Origin: Candidatus Velthaea sp.
GTDB taxonomy: Bacteria > Vulcanimicrobiota > Vulcanimicrobiia > Vulcanimicrobiales > Vulcanimicrobiaceae
Assembly: GCA_965214935.1 (NCBI GenBank)
Contig: CBDCCS010000022.1
Coordinates: 480,001-544,000 of the forward strand
Direction of reading: 5' to 3'
Length of the DNA stretch: 64,000 bases
Positions within the stretch are counted from its first letter, which is position 1. Every line of letters begins with the position of its first letter. The notes under the pieces are model-generated. The model searched no databases. It had not been told where the DNA came from and saw only the letters and a list, made by a program, of their open reading frames with translations. Below are positions 60,566 to 64,000 of this stretch, in pieces. The position numbers and the translations under genes were made by a program.

Positions 60566-61495
60566 TTGCGCCGAATTCGGCTCGCTGACGTCGGGGCCGT
60601 CCGCATATCCGTTGAACCACCGTTTCGCCTCGATCTCACCGCAGCGCTGTTACGACGCTTTCCGGCACGCTCGTTCGACGCGGAGTGGCATGAAGATGGC
60701 TTTGTGGTGGCCGTGCCGATGGCGGCCGGACCCGTCATCGCGCATGTATCTCAGCTTGATGGAACGACACTCGAAGTGCGACCGGGCGAAGCACCGGCGA
60801 ACGCCGGCGAACTCGTTGTGCAGATCGAAAAAATGCTCGGTCTCAACAACGACTTGGCGGAAGTTCACATGCTTGCCGAGTCGATCGGGTGGCTTCGTCC
60901 GCTCGCGCGACGCTGGCTCGGCGTTCGGCCCGCTCGAACGGCTTCACTTTGGGAAGCCGGCGCTACGGCGATCATTTATCAAAGCGTCAGCATGCTTGCA
61001 GCGGGCGCTGTCATAGAGCGGTTCATCGAACGATTCGGAGCGCGCCTTGCGGATCGACCGTTCGCACTGACGTTATTCCCGACGCCCCAGCTGGTGAGCC
61101 GATCAACCCTGCCCGATCTCCTGACCGTCGGACTAAGCCGGGCCAAAGTACACGCGCTTCACGCGCTCGCCGCAGCGCTCGTCGCCGGAGAGTGGGACGC
61201 GTACGAAATCGAACTCCTGTCAACGGCTGCAGCCTGCGAGCGCTTTATGCGCGTCCGCGGGATCGGACCGTGGACGGCAGCTGTCGTCGCGTTGCGCGGA
61301 CTAGGCCGCCTCGACGTCTTTCCGATGCGCGACTCCGGCGTCGTGCGAACGATCGGTTTGTTAGCGGTGAACGCGCCGAACGCCGCGGCCGATGCCCTTG
61401 CAAGGCTGGGCGAAAAGCGCGGAATGCTCTATCACTATCTGCTTCTCGCGCGCCTCGAAGCACGCGGCAAACTTGCACCGCAGGCGGCGCGGTAG
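60566..61495 (+). CDS. DNA-3-methyladenine glycosylase (AlkA-like, HhH-GPD)
   Basis: IIYQSVS, FPTP, GLSRAK and RGIGPWTA..GLGRLDVFP..D. Confidence 0.85.
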   Translation: MRRIRLADVGAVRISVEPPFRLDLTAALLRRFPARSFDAEWHEDGFVVAVPMAAGPVIAHVSQLDGTTLEVRPGEAPANAGELVVQIEKMLGLNNDLAEVHMLAESIGWLRPLARRWLGVRPARTASLWEAGATAIIYQSVSMLAAGAVIERFIERFGARLADRPFALTLFPTPQLVSRSTLPDLLTVGLSRAKVHALHALAAALVAGEWDAYEIELLSTAAACERFMRVRGIGPWTAAVVALRGLGRLDVFPMRDSGVVRTIGLLAVNAPNAAADALARLGEKRGMLYHYLLLARLEARGKLAPQAAR

Positions 61496-61516
61496 CGGCG
61501 TTTGCGACTCGGTGGA

Positions 61517-62218
61517 TCACGCGTGACGTTCGGCAGACTCGGGGTGAATGAGCATCGGCATCGGCATCGGCATGATACCGTTCGTGATTACCGTCGGAGC
61601 GCTCAACACCGTTACAGCGGTGCGCAGCAGAATCATCCCGGCGTCGTTGCCGATCGCCGTAACGCTCGCGCCCGCCGGCGGGCCGACACCGAACGTGACT
61701 TGGCCTTGAACGGCCGGTAACGGCACGGAGGTGCTCGGCGGCGGAACGAGAGCACTGCTTTCCGGCGGAGCCGGCGGCCGCGGCATCGGACCCGGCGATT
61801 GTGCCGCTGCGAGCTGCGCAAAGTGCTGCAGTAGGGCGATCTGCTGCGCAACCTGTGCGCCGATAATCGTCTGTTTCTCCGCCGGTGATAACGCCGCGTT
61901 CAAACGGGCTGCGGCCGTCGGCGGATCGGGATCGTCGGCGACCGCCATCTCGCCGATAATGCGGCTTAGCAAGGCCCGATGATCGGGTGTTAATGCTGCA
62001 AGGACGGTTCGGCGAAAGTCCCGTTGCTGATCCACCATCTGCTGAAAATCCACCAGGTGCCGGCGCACGTCGGCCGGTACTTGCATCTGCAAACTCGGCA
62101 GGCCGATCGGAGCGCCGAACGTCGACGACGGCTGCGGCGACGCGCTCGGCGTAGCGGTCGTCGTCGGTTGCGGTGCAAGTGCGAGCAGCAAAACGGGCAC
62201 CGCAAGCGTTCGAAGCAT
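61517..62218 (-). CDS. Hypothetical exported Pro-rich protein
   Basis: Signal-like MLRTLAVPVLLLALA, a helical core and a PMPMPM tail. Start uncertain. Confidence 0.6.
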   Translation of the reverse strand: MLRTLAVPVLLLALAPQPTTTATPSASPQPSSTFGAPIGLPSLQMQVPADVRRHLVDFQQMVDQQRDFRRTVLAALTPDHRALLSRIIGEMAVADDPDPPTAAARLNAALSPAEKQTIIGAQVAQQIALLQHFAQLAAAQSPGPMPRPPAPPESSALVPPPSTSVPLPAVQGQVTFGVGPPAGASVTAIGNDAGMILLRTAVTVLSAPTVITNGIMPMPMPMLIHPESAERHA

Positions 62219-62281
62219 CGTCCACGCTACGACGAACCGCGCCGGGCGTCCCGTGCCTTGCACCGTGCGATTCGGGAGAAC

Positions 62282-62312
62282 AAGAAACCCGGCGCGTCAC
62301 AGCGCCGGGTTC
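62282..62312 (-). terminator. Intrinsic terminator after the S53-like gene
   Basis: Minus strand reads AACCCGGCGC-TGTGAC-GCGCCGGGTT followed by TCTT. Confidence 0.65.
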
Positions 62313-62335
62313 TCGAGCCCTATAAGGTCGCGTGG

Positions 62336-64000
62336 CTACGGAGTCGGCGCGGCGACCGGTCCGTAATTGAACGATTTCGCCAGCGCATAACCGCCGGCAA
62401 TCGAGCCCAGACCACTGCTGATGTCATAACCGGCTTTCGCGCAGACCGGCACACCGCCGACGGCACCGATGCAGCCCAGCGTGATATCGCTGAAGAGCCC
62501 GCCGGATTTACCGAACGCGGCATACAGTGCGGGCGCAACGTTACCCAGCGGGGTCGCGTATCCGTACATTTCTTGCACGGTGGCAAGGTAACCGGCGTAC
62601 GGCGCGTTGTTGACAAACGGGAAGCCGCCGACCCAGGCGCCCGAGACGTACGCCGACGGGCCGGTACCATCGACACTGCCCGGCAGAACGACATCGGGCA
62701 CATTGCGCCCGCCGGGCGTTATGCCGGCCGTCGTCGCTTGCCATGACGGCAGCGGAACAACGATTGAGACACCGCCGTTACTGCTGCTCAACGGGCTTTG
62801 CGCGATGAGCTTACCGGTTTGATCGATAAACGCCGAACTGCCGCCGACCGCCGTCACCGTATCGAGGTTTGCCGGTGCCATCGGCAGGACGAGCGGCGGC
62901 GCGCCACACAAGTTCGCGCCGCCGAAGGCGACCGATTCAACGCTTATTCCTAATGCGGCTATTTGAGCGATGATCGGTTCGATCGCGAGTTCGAGGTCGC
63001 CGCCGGAAACTTCGCAAGCGCCGACCGCAAAATTCACGACGTTCACCGAATCATCCGAGGCGACGGCATTGAACGCATCGACGATGCCGTTGTTCGATAG
63101 AAACGGCATCTGATAGGTGAACAGAGACGCACCCGGAGCCATCGACAAGATCCACTCGGCATCGAGCGTCGCTTGAAAATTATCGAAACAGAAAGCACCG
63201 CAGCCGCCGTCGACATGAACCGTCGTCGTTCGCGGGCCGCTGCGCTGCGCGCCGAACGTGGCAAGAAACGTCGCGACATCTTTGTCTCCGACGGAGCCGT
63301 CGATCAAATCTGCGACGTTCGCATTCTTACCCGTGTAGCCGTGTTCGACCGGAAAGTCTTCGGTTTTGGCAATTGCTAGCGGGCCGAAGCCGCCGTCGGG
63401 GCCGAACAGCGGGCCGCCTGCGACTGCCGGCCGGACGCCCATCGTATGCGGCGCCGCAGCGGTATGCGCGTTCACGATACTCGACAAGCCGACGACGTGC
63501 GCTCCGCTCAAGCCGGCCGGAACGATTGCCGGTGTAACGTTGGCATATGCGAGTTGTCCGCTCGGCGCACGCACCGCATCGATTGCCGTGTGAAAATAAC
63601 GGTTTGCGGCACTCGCCGTGCCGTATGCATGCAGCACCGTTCGGTTGGCAAACGTTTCGACGACGAAGCCCGCATGCTCGAGATTCGCGGCAGCAGTTGC
63701 ATACGCCGCCGCCGTCGGCGCAAAGTAATTGATAAACTCGGCAGCTTTGAGGTAATGGCGATAATACTTCGATGCCGGATTGCGCTGCGCCGCGAGCAGA
63801 TACGGCAGATCGCCCGGGTGCCGGTACGGTAGGACGATCGAAAAATCGACGCGCTTAGCAGCCGCGGGTCCAAGGTCGCGCGCCCCACGCAGCGTTGCAG
63901 CGGCGATCGTCGCGGATGTTGCGGGCTTGAGCATCGCTGCATCGGACGCCGTTGACACGCCGGTAAAGAGTGCGGCCGCCGCGAGCGGCGCGACGAAGAT
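62336..64000 (-). CDS. S53 (sedolisin/kumamolisin)-like secreted protein with pro-domain, probably catalytically inactive; 5' end outside window
   Basis: Pro-domain NPASKYYRHYL..F...FAP, ATLDAE..MAPG, VTAVGG, R.VPDV and Ca-site DI..G...GYD..SGLGS. Frame is open to 64000. Confidence 0.8.
   Translation of the reverse strand: MFVAPLAAAALFTGVSTASDAAMLKPATSATIAAATLRGARDLGPAAAKRVDFSIVLPYRHPGDLPYLLAAQRNPASKYYRHYLKAAEFINYFAPTAAAYATAAANLEHAGFVVETFANRTVLHAYGTASAANRYFHTAIDAVRAPSGQLAYANVTPAIVPAGLSGAHVVGLSSIVNAHTAAAPHTMGVRPAVAGGPLFGPDGGFGPLAIAKTEDFPVEHGYTGKNANVADLIDGSVGDKDVATFLATFGAQRSGPRTTTVHVDGGCGAFCFDNFQATLDAEWILSMAPGASLFTYQMPFLSNNGIVDAFNAVASDDSVNVVNFAVGACEVSGGDLELAIEPIIAQIAALGISVESVAFGGANLCGAPPLVLPMAPANLDTVTAVGGSSAFIDQTGKLIAQSPLSSSNGGVSIVVPLPSWQATTAGITPGGRNVPDVVLPGSVDGTGPSAYVSGAWVGGFPFVNNAPYAGYLATVQEMYGYATPLGNVAPALYAAFGKSGGLFSDITLGCIGAVGGVPVCAKAGYDISSGLGSIAGGYALAKSFNYGPVAAPTP

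Noticed and set aside
61553..61573. (CATCGG)n short repeat
   Set aside because: About three units encoding PMPMPM; ordinary low-complexity coding sequence.

Overview
GC-rich bacterial chromosome window from an anoxygenic phototroph with a Type II reaction centre. The left edge carries bchG (5'-truncated) and bchP. A compact photosynthesis cluster at about 36.8-54.3 kb contains a CrtP-like desaturase, crtB, pufB-pufA-pufL-pufM-pufC, a Crp-family regulator, bchF-bchC-bchX-bchY-bchZ, a photoactive yellow protein (PYP), hemL, a pterin dehydratase, an Mrp/ApbC Fe-S carrier and a PYP-type 4-coumarate-CoA ligase. The LH peptides are Chloroflexota (Roseiflexus)-like, PufL and PufM are unfused, no puhA is present in the window, and a TonB-dependent receptor implies an outer membrane. 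I therefore infer a Vulcanimicrobiota/Eremiobacterota (WPS-2)-type organism; this is inference, not a database result. Two halves of a polyol/sugar catabolic system (2.8-17.6 kb and 54.3-60.6 kb) flank the region. There is also a secreted/outer-membrane module (GloVer-repeat protein, DING/PstS-like protein, TonB receptor, two lipoproteins) with Pho-box-like repeats, a small decayed patch (TetR/SDR remnants, eroded VapC toxin), and a catalytically dead S53-like protein at the right edge. Most notable observations: (i) a candidate photoregulatory circuit of PYP, its ligase, a non-canonical Crp and two near-identical GGTGA-N6-TCACC sites in class-II promoter position; (ii) unusual reaction-centre pigment residues (Asp at M182, Phe at M210); (iii) a probable CTG start codon on the desaturase; (iv) a G-run-rich bchX-bchY spacer. 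No rRNA, tRNA, CRISPR array or intact mobile element was seen. All alignments were made by eye against remembered reference sequences and need computational confirmation.
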